The notes under the pieces were generated by a model, which was not told the origin of the DNA, ran no database searches, and was given only the letters and a program-made list of their open reading frames with translations. Below are positions 35,404 through 45,135 of a stretch of 48,357 nt of DNA, one piece after another. Origin of the DNA: Chloroflexota bacterium (lineage in GTDB: Bacteria > Chloroflexota > Chloroflexia > Chloroflexales > Chloroflexaceae); contig JACAEO010000392.1 in NCBI GenBank assembly GCA_013388805.1, positions 1 through 48,357 of the forward strand, given 5' to 3'. The first letter of the stretch is position 1; every line of letters starts with the position of its first letter. Position numbers and translations under genes: made by a program.

Positions 35404-35541
35404 ATGGATGACGATCTGCGTCGTCGGCTGGTGCACGGGCTGATCAATCTTGTCCTGGGGCTGGCCGCCGCCTGGCTTGCTACCTATCTGACCAACAAGA
35501 TCCTCGGTCGTATTGAGGATCAGAAACGCCTGGAAGCCTGA
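35404..35541 (+). CDS. Candidate 45-aa membrane micro-protein (below the ORF-track cutoff)
   Basis: ATG 35404 is 6 nt after the YugP stop: MDDDLRRRLVHGLINLVLGLAAAWLATYLTNKILGRIEDQKRLEA. One TM helix and G/C-biased third positions. Confidence 0.3.
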   Translation: MDDDLRRRLVHGLINLVLGLAAAWLATYLTNKILGRIEDQKRLEA

Positions 35542-35606
35542 CGCGTCCACCTGCCGTGGTGACGAGGCGCGGAGGCGAGAACGCACGACGGACGTGCGTA
35601 TTGGTA

Positions 35607-36674
35607 CTAGCCGCCGATGATGCGTGCCAGGCCCAGTTCCATCAGTCCCTCCTCAAACAACTCGGCCATCGCTACTGCCTCGATCTGCAGGACGACCCGC
35701 GCGTTGCGTGGTGCGCGTGAACTGGCAGCGCGAAGCGCATCGGCAACGTCGAAGTCGGGCGAGGTCGCGTGTGATGCCAGGTGCTCCACGCCGCTAGCCC
35801 CCAGGGCCAGGGCCGCCTGGTGTTGCTCGCTGAGCGCCACGATCGTCTGCCCGCGGGTCAGTTCACCCTCGGTGACGACGCGCACGGTTGCCGGCAGCGC
35901 CACACCAAGGTCGGGGTGGAGCGCGTAGATCACAGCGACCGGGTCAGGGAGGGCAATCGGGCCCGAACGGTTGCTGATCGCGCGGGCGTACCTGGTAAGC
36001 ACCTGGGCCAGCAATCTGCCAGGGGCGCCACCCTCCTGTTCCAGGCGATGAGCGACCATCAGGTCAAGCTGCAATGCCTGGAACGCGTCACGGGTAACCA
36101 GTTCGACCTGCAGCTGGCTGTCGAGCACGATCGCCAGGGCGTGGGGATCGGCGAAGGCGTTGAACTCGGCGGCGGGGGTGATCGTGCCGGCGCCATGGGC
36201 GCCGGCTAGCGCGACCAGGCGCACCCCGGCCATGTCCTCGGGGTAGGCCTGCACCGCGCGAGCGATGTTGGTGAGCGGCCCGATGGCGATCACGGTGAGC
36301 CCGGGGTGGGCCCGCGCGGCCGCAGCGATCGCGCCGGGCGCGCCCTGGGGCAGGCTGTCGAGCGACTGCGGCAGTTGCGCGCCCCAGAGACCATCGGGGC
36401 CGTGGGCCAGCGCGCCCGCCCTGGTGCGCGGATAGACCAGCGGCGCTGAGGCGCCCATAGTGACCGGTACATCGCACTGCATGGTAGCCAGCAAGGTCAG
36501 CAGGTTCGCCGTCGTATTCTGCACACTGCTGTTGCCAAAGACCGTGCTCATCCCAACGACACGGGCCTCGGGCCGACGGAGGAGCCAGGCGATGGCCAGC
36601 GTGTCATCACAGCCAGCATCGGTGTCGATAAACACGGGCATTGGGAACTCCGCGCCGCGTCGTTGCTTACTCAT
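35607..36674 (-). CDS. Nucleoside hydrolase (IUNH family)
   Basis: ATG 36674 has GGAGGAG 7-8 nt upstream; the track start 36725 is less likely. N-terminal DTDAGCDD aspartate cluster (VFIDTDAGCDDTLAIAWLL). Confidence 0.85.
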   Translation of the reverse strand: MSKQRRGAEFPMPVFIDTDAGCDDTLAIAWLLRRPEARVVGMSTVFGNSSVQNTTANLLTLLATMQCDVPVTMGASAPLVYPRTRAGALAHGPDGLWGAQLPQSLDSLPQGAPGAIAAAARAHPGLTVIAIGPLTNIARAVQAYPEDMAGVRLVALAGAHGAGTITPAAEFNAFADPHALAIVLDSQLQVELVTRDAFQALQLDLMVAHRLEQEGGAPGRLLAQVLTRYARAISNRSGPIALPDPVAVIYALHPDLGVALPATVRVVTEGELTRGQTIVALSEQHQAALALGASGVEHLASHATSPDFDVADALRAASSRAPRNARVVLQIEAVAMAELFEEGLMELGLARIIGG

Positions 36675-36882
36675 CGTCGGCACTCCTCCGTAATCACCAC
36701 CGGCATGGTCATATTCTGCCTGCACAGGGTCGTTTGCGCTGGCACGAGAGGCGTTGTTGTATGTGCCGGAGCAATGCCCGGCGTATCATGCGGCACTGAT
36801 GTCGGGGAACACCACCCGTCTATCATAACGCGCTGTGGTATGAGTCCGCTGACATGGAGCGGCCCGCCAGCTTACGGTGTTG

Positions 36883-37530
36883 TCATCCGCCGACGGCCCT
36901 GGCGGTGCCGGCCGCTAGTGTGGCGCGCGTATGCCGTGCATAGGCTGGTGGCAGTTCACGCAGCATGTCGGCGAGGGCCGCGAGGTCGGCCAGATCAGCC
37001 ACGCCGAACCAGGGTGGCAGCACGGCGACCGTGTGCCCGCGGCTGCGGACCGCGCTGATCAGTGCGTCGGGGGTCACATTACGGGCCGGCACGGCCCGGA
37101 GCAGCACCGGATCGGCGGTCGCCAGGCCCAGCAGGTACCAGCCGGTCCGGTCAGCAGGGCCAACTACGACGGCAGCACCAGTGGCGAGATGGGTGAGTGC
37201 GTCACGCAGGCGCGAGCGTGGTAGGTGGGGCAGATCGCCGCCAACGATCAGCACGGCGCTGGCCTCACCCAGCGCGTCGGCCAGGAGTGAGGCGAGCGCG
37301 TCTGTGCCGAAGCCGGCCATCGGCCGCAGCGCGACGCGCTGGTCTAGTTCAGGTGGCGTCGCCGTCGCGTAACCAACGCTGAGCCTGATCCCGGGGATCG
37401 CCTGCGCCAGATCGACCATGTCGTGTAGGAAGCTGGTCAACAATGGCACGGCGTTTGGCCCGAGGGGCCGCATCAGGTCGCTCCGTGCGAACGAGTCAGC
37501 CATAATGATCAAGCGTGCAGTCATTGTCAT
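36883..37530 (-). CDS. DUF2064-like protein (MobA-like nucleotidyltransferase fold)
   Basis: ATG 37530 (MTMTARLIIMADS...). VLIVGGDLPHLPRSRLRDALTHL...VVVGPADRTGWYLLGL resembles the DUF2064 core G-D-P-L...GPA-DGGY-LIG. Assignment is from memory. Confidence 0.45.
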   Translation of the reverse strand: MTMTARLIIMADSFARSDLMRPLGPNAVPLLTSFLHDMVDLAQAIPGIRLSVGYATATPPELDQRVALRPMAGFGTDALASLLADALGEASAVLIVGGDLPHLPRSRLRDALTHLATGAAVVVGPADRTGWYLLGLATADPVLLRAVPARNVTPDALISAVRSRGHTVAVLPPWFGVADLADLAALADMLRELPPAYARHTRATLAAGTARAVGG

Positions 37531-37831
37531 ACGCTCCGCACGTCGCCGCGGCAGGCGCGGCGGTCGGCGCAATCGTGGCGAACACGGGAGGGGTCACTGC
37601 ATGATAGTGCGCGTCACCAGGCTCGGGTAGCGGACCGGATGAGTCAATTGTCACAAGCGCTGGCCTCACGTTTACCGCAATGCGTCATGATCGGGGTCTC
37701 CTGTGCGCGTAGCGTGAAGATAAAGAGATCGTCACCAGCGGTTGCATGGCTGTTACCTCGTGCCACACGGCGCAAACCTATACTGATCCCGTCGTACGGA
37801 GTGCTCTGAGATCAGCAGAGGAGGCATCCTC

Positions 37832-40800
37832 ATGGATGTGCGCCGGGATAGTGAAAGCGCCACCAGCGTTGCCGAGCCAATCCCGCAGGTGACGATTGAC
37901 GGCAACGAGGCGGTGGCGAATGTGGCATATGTGTTGAGCGAGGTGGTGGCGATCTACCCCATCACCCCCTCGACACCGATGGGCGAGTCGGCTGACGCCT
38001 TCGCGGCGGCGGGCAAGCCCAACCTCTGGGGTACCGTCCCGACCGTTTACGAGATGCAGTCCGAAGGCGGCGCGGCAGGTGCGCTGCACGGAGCGATGCA
38101 GACCGGCGCGCTGACGACCACGTTCACTGCCTCGCAGGGCCTGCTGCTCATGATCCCCAACATGTACAAGATCGCCGGCGAATTGACGCCGACGGTCTTC
38201 CACGTGGCGGCCCGTTCGCTGGCTGCCCAGGGGCTCTCGATCTTCGGCGACCACTCCGACGTGATGTCGGTTCGCTCCACGGGCTGGGCGCTGCTCTCCT
38301 CCGGCTCGGTGCAGGAGGCCCAGGATCTGGCGCTGATCGCTCACGCCGCCACACTCAAGGCCCGCGTCCCCTTCTTGCATTTCTTCGATGGCTACCGCAC
38401 TTCGCACGAGGTGAACAAGATCACGCCGCTCGACAATGGCACCATTCGGGCGATGATCGATGATGAGCTGGTGCGGGCCCACCGCGCACGCGCACTCTCG
38501 CCCGAGCATCCGGTGATCCGCGGCACAGCGCAGAACCCCGATGTCTACTTCCAGGCGCGCGAGAGCGTCAACCCCTTCTACGCGGCCTGCCCCGCTATTG
38601 TCCAGCAGACGATGGACCAGTTCTTCGCGCTCACTGGCCGGCGCTACCGGATCTTCGACTACGCCGGCGCACCCGATGCCGAGCGGGTGATCGTGCTCAT
38701 GGGCTCCGGCGGTGAAGCGGCCGAGGAGGTGGCACGCTTCCTCGCCGAGCGTGGCGAGAAGGTTGGCGTGCTGCGCGTGCGTCTCTACCGGCCGTTCGCC
38801 GCCGAGCGGCTGGTGGCCGCCCTGCCCGCGACGACGCGCGCCATCGCCGTGCTTGACCGCACCAAGGAGCCCGGCAGCTCCGGAGAGCCGCTGTTCCTCG
38901 ACGTGGTTGCTGCGGTCTACGACCACGGCGCCAGCCACTTCCGCGACGCGCGCAGCAGTGACGCCGCTGAACAGCGTCCACTGCCGACGATCATCGGCGG
39001 GCGCTATGGCCTCTCCTCCAAGGAGTTCACGCCCGGCATGGTCAAGGCCGTCTTCGATGAACTGGCCCGGCCACAGCCGCGCTCTCGCTTCACCGTCGGG
39101 ATCAACGACGACCTGAGCGGCACGAGCCTGAGCTACGACAATAGCTTCAATGTCGAGCCTGAGCGCACGGTGCGCTGTGTCTTCTGGGGCCTTGGCGCCG
39201 ACGGTACGGTGGGCGCCAATAAGAACAGTATCAAGATCATCGGCGAGGAGACACCCTACGACGCCCAGGGCTACTTCGTCTATGACTCGAAGAAGTCCGG
39301 CTCAGTGACGATCTCGCACCTGCGCTTCGGCCCCGAGCCGATCCGCGCGCCGTATCTGATCAGCGACGACCAGGCCCACTTCGTGGCCTGCCACCAGTTC
39401 AGCTTCCTCGAGCGCTTCGACGTGCTGCGCTATGCGCGACCCGGTGGCGTCTTCCTGCTCAACAGCCCCTACGGCCCCGACGAGGTCTGGGACAAACTAC
39501 CGGCCGAGGTGCGAACGACCATCCGCGCGAAGGGCCTGCACTTCTGGGTGATCGATGCCACCTCGGTGGCCGTCGCGACCGGCATGCGCGGGCGCATCAA
39601 TACGGTGATGCAGACCTGCTTCTTCGCGATCAGTGGTATCCTGCCGCGCGAAGATGCGATCGCCGAGATCAAGCGCAGCATCAAGAAGACCTATGGCCGC
39701 CGCGGCGATGCGGTGGTCAAGCAGAACTTCATGGCCGTTGATCAGACGCTCGACAAGCTCTATGAGGTGACGATCCCCGCCAGCGATCCTGCGCAGAACG
39801 GGCTGCATATGCGGCCCCCGGTCGCGCCCGAGGCGCCACCCTTCGTGCGCGAGGTGCTTGGCACCATGATCGGCATGCGCGGCGACGAACTCCCCGTGAG
39901 CAAGCTGCCCTTCGACGGCACCTACCCCACCGGCACCGCCCGCTGGGAGAAGCGCAATATCGCGGTCGAGATCCCGGTCTGGGAGCCGGATATCTGCATC
40001 CAGTGCAACAAGTGCGCCTTCGTCTGCCCCCATGCCGTCATCCGCCCGAAGGTCTACCCGCCCGAGGCGCTAGTGGGCGCGCCGGCCAGCTTCAAGAGCA
40101 CCGAGGCGCGCTACAAGGAACTGCCCGGCCACAAGTTCAGCCTGCAGGTAGCGCCTGAGGACTGCACCGGCTGTGGGCTGTGCGTCGAGGCTTGCCCGGT
40201 CAAAGACAAGCGCCAGACCGGACGCAAGGCGATCAATATGGCACCCCAGGCGCCGCTGCGTGAGGCTGAAGCCGCCAACTGGGACTTCTTCCTGGGGTTG
40301 CCCGAGGTTGACCGCACCAGCCTCCACCTCGGCAGCATCAAGAACTCGCAGCTGCTGATTCCGCTCTTCGAGTTCTCGGGCGCCTGTGCGGGCTGCGGCG
40401 AGACGCCGTATGTCAAGCTGGTCAGCCAGCTCTTTGGCGACCGGTCGGTGATCGCCAATGCCACCGGCTGCTCGTCGATCTACGGCGGCAACCTGCCCAC
40501 CACCCCCTGGACGGTGAATAAGGAGGGCCGTGGCCCGGCCTGGGCCAACTCGCTCTTCGAGGACAACGCCGAGTTTGGCCTGGGAATGCGCCTGACCATC
40601 GACAAACAGATCGAGTACGCCCGTGAACTGCTGCCCAGACTGGCGAACTACGTCAGCCCCGACCTGGTGGAAGATATCCTCAATGCTGACCAGCACGACG
40701 ACGCGGGGATCAACGCCCAGCGCGAGCGGGTCGCCCTGCTCAAGCAGCGCATCGACGCCGTGCTGGCCGGCGATGCCGGCCCCGACACCCCGCTGCTGCG

Positions 40801-41482
40801 TGACCTGGCCTCGCTGGCCGAGGTACTGGTGCGGCGCGCGGTCTGGATCATCGGTGGTGATGGCTGGGCCTACGACATCGGCTATGGCGGGTTGGACCAC
40901 GTGCTCGCCTCGGGCCGCAATGTCAACGTCCTGGTGCTCGACACCGAGGTCTACTCGAACACGGGCGGGCAGGCGAGCAAGTCGACACCGCTTGGCGCGG
41001 TAGCCAAGTTTGCCGTGCGCGGCAAGGCCACGCCGAAGAAGGACCTGGGCCTGATCGCCATGGCCTATGGCAACGTCTATGTCGCGCGGGTCGCCATGGG
41101 CTATGACGACGTGCAGACGCTGCGCGCGCTGCAGGAGGCCGAGGCCTACGAGGGGCCATCGCTGGTCATTGCCTACAGCCACTGCATTGCGCACGGCATC
41201 GATATGCGCCGCGGCCTCGACCAGCAGAAGCTGGCCGTACAGTCGGGGATGTGGACGCTCTACCGCTTCAACCCGAGCCTGGCCCAGGCCGGGAAGAACC
41301 CGCTGACCATCGATTCCAAGGCGCCGTCGGTCTCGATCGAGCAGTACATCGCTGGCGAGGGCCGCTTCCAGATCCTCCAGCGCAGCGACCCGCACCGCGC
41401 CGAGGAATTGATTGCCGAGGCCAGGCGAACGAACGCCGAGCACTACCACCGGCTCGAGCAGATGATGGAAAAGGGCGAGTAG
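37832..41482 (+). CDS. nifJ: Pyruvate:ferredoxin (flavodoxin) oxidoreductase, single-polypeptide type
   Basis: 1216 aa with GAGGAGG 8 nt upstream. YPITPSTPMGE, two ferredoxin clusters CIQCNKCAFVCPHA and CTGCGLCVEACP, TPP region GGDGWAYDIGYGGLDH. Confidence 0.95.
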   Translation: MDVRRDSESATSVAEPIPQVTIDGNEAVANVAYVLSEVVAIYPITPSTPMGESADAFAAAGKPNLWGTVPTVYEMQSEGGAAGALHGAMQTGALTTTFTASQGLLLMIPNMYKIAGELTPTVFHVAARSLAAQGLSIFGDHSDVMSVRSTGWALLSSGSVQEAQDLALIAHAATLKARVPFLHFFDGYRTSHEVNKITPLDNGTIRAMIDDELVRAHRARALSPEHPVIRGTAQNPDVYFQARESVNPFYAACPAIVQQTMDQFFALTGRRYRIFDYAGAPDAERVIVLMGSGGEAAEEVARFLAERGEKVGVLRVRLYRPFAAERLVAALPATTRAIAVLDRTKEPGSSGEPLFLDVVAAVYDHGASHFRDARSSDAAEQRPLPTIIGGRYGLSSKEFTPGMVKAVFDELARPQPRSRFTVGINDDLSGTSLSYDNSFNVEPERTVRCVFWGLGADGTVGANKNSIKIIGEETPYDAQGYFVYDSKKSGSVTISHLRFGPEPIRAPYLISDDQAHFVACHQFSFLERFDVLRYARPGGVFLLNSPYGPDEVWDKLPAEVRTTIRAKGLHFWVIDATSVAVATGMRGRINTVMQTCFFAISGILPREDAIAEIKRSIKKTYGRRGDAVVKQNFMAVDQTLDKLYEVTIPASDPAQNGLHMRPPVAPEAPPFVREVLGTMIGMRGDELPVSKLPFDGTYPTGTARWEKRNIAVEIPVWEPDICIQCNKCAFVCPHAVIRPKVYPPEALVGAPASFKSTEARYKELPGHKFSLQVAPEDCTGCGLCVEACPVKDKRQTGRKAINMAPQAPLREAEAANWDFFLGLPEVDRTSLHLGSIKNSQLLIPLFEFSGACAGCGETPYVKLVSQLFGDRSVIANATGCSSIYGGNLPTTPWTVNKEGRGPAWANSLFEDNAEFGLGMRLTIDKQIEYARELLPRLANYVSPDLVEDILNADQHDDAGINAQRERVALLKQRIDAVLAGDAGPDTPLLRDLASLAEVLVRRAVWIIGGDGWAYDIGYGGLDHVLASGRNVNVLVLDTEVYSNTGGQASKSTPLGAVAKFAVRGKATPKKDLGLIAMAYGNVYVARVAMGYDDVQTLRALQEAEAYEGPSLVIAYSHCIAHGIDMRRGLDQQKLAVQSGMWTLYRFNPSLAQAGKNPLTIDSKAPSVSIEQYIAGEGRFQILQRSDPHRAEELIAEARRTNAEHYHRLEQMMEKGE

Positions 41483-41553
41483 CGAGCCGACAGGGGCCAG
41501 GGCGACATGGCATGCCACGTCGCCCTGGCGACCGCGATTGAGGAGCAATCTCG

Positions 41554-42627
41554 ATGGTTGACCTGAGCACCAACTACCTCGGCTTTCAGTTGAAAACGCC
41601 GATCGTCGTCGCGGCCTCGCCACTCTCGCAGCGCGTAGAGACCGTCCAACGCCTGGAGGAGGCCGGCGCCTCGGCAGTGGTGATGTACTCGCTCTTCGAG
41701 GAGCAGATTATCCACGCCAGTCTTGAGATCGACTACCTGCTGAGCCACGGCGCCGATAGCTTCGCCGAGTCGCTCACCTATCTGCCTGATACCGGGCGCT
41801 ACAGTGTTGGTCCCGAGAGCTACCTGGAGCACGTGGCGAAGCTCAAGCACGCGGTGAGCATCCCGGTCATCGGCAGCCTGAACGGCGTCTCGCCGGGTGG
41901 CTGGGTTCACTACGCCAAGCTGATCGAGGAGGCCGGCGCTGACGCGCTCGAACTCAACATCTACTACATCCCGACCGACGTCAGCCTCACCAGCAGCGAA
42001 CTGGAGCAGACCTACATCGATCTGGTGCGTGCGGTGCGGGCCGAGCTGCAGATCCCGCTGTCGGTGAAGATCAGCCCCTACTTCACGGCACTACCCAACT
42101 TTGCTGTGCGCCTGGCCGAAGCCGGCGCCAACGGTCTGGTGTTCTTCAACCGGTTCTATCAGCCCGACTTCGACCTGGAGCAACTGGTCGTCGTGCCCAA
42201 TCTGCGGCTCAGCACCTCCGAGGACCTGCGGCTCCCGCTGCGCGAGGTGGCCATTCTCTACGGGCACGTAGACACCGACTTCGCGATCACGGGGGGCATC
42301 CATACCGCGCTGGATATGCTCAAGGCCATGATGGCCGGCGCCAAAGTGGGTATGCTGGCCTCGGCCCTGCTCAGGGGCAACTACCAGGAACACGTGCGGA
42401 GCATGATCGCCGACCTGGTGGCCTGGATGGAGGAGCACGAGTACGAGTCAATCAGCATGATGCAGGGCAGCATGAGCCGGAAGGCCGTGGCTGAGCCGGC
42501 AGCCTTCGAGCGCGCGAACTACATGAAGGTGCTCGGCTCGTTCCGCTTCAGCGAGGGCTCGTCGGCCCACTCGACCCTCACCAAGGGGATGCTTTACCCC
42601 TTCCTGGGCACGTCCGTGGATGACTGA
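41554..42627 (+). CDS. Dihydroorotate-dehydrogenase-like TIM-barrel protein (non-canonical)
   Basis: 357 aa with GAGGAG upstream. [23 protein letters not shown] (YYIP where class-1 DHODs have SCPN), [23 protein letters not shown]. Confidence 0.75.
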   Translation: MVDLSTNYLGFQLKTPIVVAASPLSQRVETVQRLEEAGASAVVMYSLFEEQIIHASLEIDYLLSHGADSFAESLTYLPDTGRYSVGPESYLEHVAKLKHAVSIPVIGSLNGVSPGGWVHYAKLIEEAGADALELNIYYIPTDVSLTSSELEQTYIDLVRAVRAELQIPLSVKISPYFTALPNFAVRLAEAGANGLVFFNRFYQPDFDLEQLVVVPNLRLSTSEDLRLPLREVAILYGHVDTDFAITGGIHTALDMLKAMMAGAKVGMLASALLRGNYQEHVRSMIADLVAWMEEHEYESISMMQGSMSRKAVAEPAAFERANYMKVLGSFRFSEGSSAHSTLTKGMLYPFLGTSVDD

Positions 42628-42740
42628 GTCACAGCTGATGGGGAAGGTGCAGGCCGGCGATCAGGGCAGCGACGTTGCCCTGATCGCCGGCCAGTCGTTG
42701 TCTATGCTCTGCTGCCGTCGCGGGGCCGACGGCGCTGAGC

Positions 42741-43532
42741 CTACCGTTCGTTCCAGCGCGGCGGACGCTTCTCAAGGAAGGCGCAGATGCCCTCCTGGGC
42801 GTCGGCGAAGGTCGCGTTGAAGGACATGACTTCTTTGGCGTAGGCGTACGCCTGGTGCTGCGGCATGTTGATCTGGCGGTAGAACGCCTGCTTGCCCAGG
42901 CCCACGACGGCGCTGCTGGCCGCGGCGATCTGCGTGGCGAGCGCACGCGTAGCCGCTTCGAGCTCGCCTGCCGGCACGACGCGGTTGACCAGCCCGAAAC
43001 TGCGCGCCTCAGCCGCCGAGATGGGCTCGCCGGTGAGCAGCATCTCCATAGCCTGCTTGGCCGGCACGGCGCGGCTCAGCGCCACCATGGGCGTGGAGCA
43101 GAACAGGCCGATCTTCACCCCGGGGGTGGCGAAGCGTGCGTCCTCAGCGGCGACCACCAGGTCGCAGGTGGCGGCCAGCTGGCAGCCCGCGGCGGTGGCG
43201 ATCCCGTGCACCTGGGCGATCACCGGCTGGGGGATGGCCTGGATCGTCTCCATCAGCACCGTGCAGACATCGAAGAGGTGGCGGTAGAACTCAGGGCTGC
43301 GGCCGGTCATCTCACTCAGGTCGTGGCCAGCGCAGAAGGCCGGCCCCGCGCCACGCAGCACCACCACGCCCAGGTCACCACGGCGACCGAGGGTGCGGAA
43401 GGCGTCGACCAGTTCTTCCATATGCTCCAGTGAGAGCGCATTGCGCTTTGCGGGCCGGTTCATAGTCACGAAGGCCAGCCGGTCTTCGACATCCAGCAGC
43501 AGGTGCTGATAGGACGGGATCACGGTCGTCAT
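42741..43532 (-). CDS. Enoyl-CoA hydratase/isomerase (crotonase) family protein
   Basis: 263 aa with AAGGAGG upstream. VVLRGAGPAFCAGHDLSEM, VIAQVHGIATAAGCQLAATCDL, ATPGVKIGLF. Confidence 0.85.
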   Translation of the reverse strand: MTTVIPSYQHLLLDVEDRLAFVTMNRPAKRNALSLEHMEELVDAFRTLGRRGDLGVVVLRGAGPAFCAGHDLSEMTGRSPEFYRHLFDVCTVLMETIQAIPQPVIAQVHGIATAAGCQLAATCDLVVAAEDARFATPGVKIGLFCSTPMVALSRAVPAKQAMEMLLTGEPISAAEARSFGLVNRVVPAGELEAATRALATQIAAASSAVVGLGKQAFYRQINMPQHQAYAYAKEVMSFNATFADAQEGICAFLEKRPPRWNER

Positions 43533-43552
43533 CGACGTTCCTCCTTAGACAA

Positions 43553-43680
43553 GGTTCAAAGGCGAGCGTTTCAACATTACAGTTGCTCCACAGCTCCACA
43601 GCGCTACACCTCCACACAACCGGCCTGTAGCGCTGTAGCACTGTGGAACTGACCCCCAGATTGTCAAGCAGGTTTGAACC
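43553..43680. repeat. 128-nt imperfect palindrome related to the 138-bp repeats; fills the divergent intergenic region
   Basis: Perfect 8-nt termini GGTTCAAA...TTTGAACC. Shares the words CTCCACAG, CACAGCGCTACA, TGTAGCGCTGTAG, CTGTGGA and GATTGTCAA with copies A/B. Confidence 0.75.
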
Positions 43681-43761
43681 ATGTCTTACGCTCCAGGCGG
43701 TAGTCTGCCTGGATGGTACAATCAGCGGGGGAGAATAGCAAGTGGAGCATGCGCCTGCGCG

Positions 43762-44865
43762 ATGCGGATTCTCTGGCTCGACCCATTCCACGGCGGATCG
43801 CACGCGGCGGTGGCGGCGGGCTATGCCGCCCGCGCGGCCCACCAGGTCACGCTCCTGACCCTGCCGACCGCGGGCGGCTGGCGCTGGCGCATGCGCGGCG
43901 GTGCGGTGACGCTCGCGCGTATGGCCCGCGAGCGTGGTGAGCGCCCGGAGTTGATCGTCGCCAGCGATATGCTCGATCTGGCCACCTTTCGCGCGCTTAC
44001 CGCCGACCTGCTGGCGGGCGTGCCAGCCGCGGTCTACTTCCACGAGAATCAGCTGACCTACCCCTTGCCAGCGGGGCGGCAGCGTGATGCGGGCCTTGCC
44101 TGGACGAACTACACCAGCGCGCTGTGCGCCGATGCGGTGATCTTCAACTCCGAGTTCCACCGGCGCGACTTTCTGGCCGCGCTGCGCGCGTTGCTCGGGC
44201 GCTACCACGACTACCATGAACTGGAAAGCGTGGCGGCGATTGCGGCCAGGAGCCACGTGCTGCCGCCGGGGATCGACCTGGCGGCGCTCGCCGACGCCGC
44301 GCCGCCAGCCGGCGAGCGCGCCATGGTGCAGCCGCTGACCATCCTCTGGAACTCGCGCTGGGAGTACGACAAGCAGCCGGGCGCCTTCTTCGCGGCGCTC
44401 GAGGCCCTGGAGGCCAGTGGCGCCGACTTCCGCCTGATCGTGGCCGGCGAGCACATCGACCCGCGGATGCCTGCCTTCGTGGCGGCCCGCGAGCGCTGGG
44501 CGCGCCACATCGTCCACTGGGGCTATGCGCCCTCGCGGGCCGCCTACGCCGCCCTGCTGCAGCGCGCCGACGTGGTCGTCAGCACGGCCATCCAGGAGTT
44601 CTTCGGCATCGCCGTGGTCGAAGCGCTCTTCTGCGGCTGTGCGCCTGTCCTGCCACGCCGGCTCAACTACCCGGAGTTGCTGCCCCCGGAGCTGCACGCC
44701 GAGTGCCTCTATGACGATGCCGCCGGCCTGGTCGCCCTGCTCAGCGCCCATACAAGGGGGCGCCAGCGCCCGCGGGCAACCTGGCGCGCGATCGCGGCGC
44801 CGTACGACTGGACGCACCTGGCCCCTCGCTACGACCAGTTCTTCGCCGCGATCAGCACGCGTTGA
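43762..44865 (+). CDS. DUF3524-type family-1 glycosyltransferase (GTDC1 / tRNA-queuosine mannosyltransferase-like)
   Basis: I chose ATG 43762 (MRILWLDPFHGGSHAAV); the track start is 43681. VYFHENQLTYP and ILWNSRWEYDKQP match, from memory, the human GTDC1 segments ILIIEAFYGGSH, YFHENQL and WPHRWEHDKDP. Confidence 0.65.
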   Translation: MRILWLDPFHGGSHAAVAAGYAARAAHQVTLLTLPTAGGWRWRMRGGAVTLARMARERGERPELIVASDMLDLATFRALTADLLAGVPAAVYFHENQLTYPLPAGRQRDAGLAWTNYTSALCADAVIFNSEFHRRDFLAALRALLGRYHDYHELESVAAIAARSHVLPPGIDLAALADAAPPAGERAMVQPLTILWNSRWEYDKQPGAFFAALEALEASGADFRLIVAGEHIDPRMPAFVAARERWARHIVHWGYAPSRAAYAALLQRADVVVSTAIQEFFGIAVVEALFCGCAPVLPRRLNYPELLPPELHAECLYDDAAGLVALLSAHTRGRQRPRATWRAIAAPYDWTHLAPRYDQFFAAISTR

Positions 44866-44958
44866 TGACGAAATTGTCAACCGATTCCCGGCACGTCCGC
44901 TCGAACCGGAGCGCATCAGGACGCGGGAAAATCCCTACGAGGCTGCTCAGTACGGTCA

Positions 44959-44987
44959 TTGACAGTTTATCGCTTCCAGTGTAGTCT
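44959..44987 (+). promoter_or_regulatory. Candidate promoter of the S8 protease gene
   Basis: TTGACA (44959-44964), a 17-nt spacer, then TAGTCT (44982-44987), in an AT-rich island about 150 nt upstream of the start codon. Confidence 0.5.
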
Positions 44988-45135
44988 ATGGATCCAAAGC
45001 TTAGAACTGTACTCCCATCGATCTCCCCGACCGACGATGGTGAGGCCACCACGCCTGCTGGTTGCTCGACCTGGCCCGTAAGGCCATGTGGGGCTTTTGT
45101 TGTCGCTCCAAGGCCCAGAGAGCAGAGGTACGATC

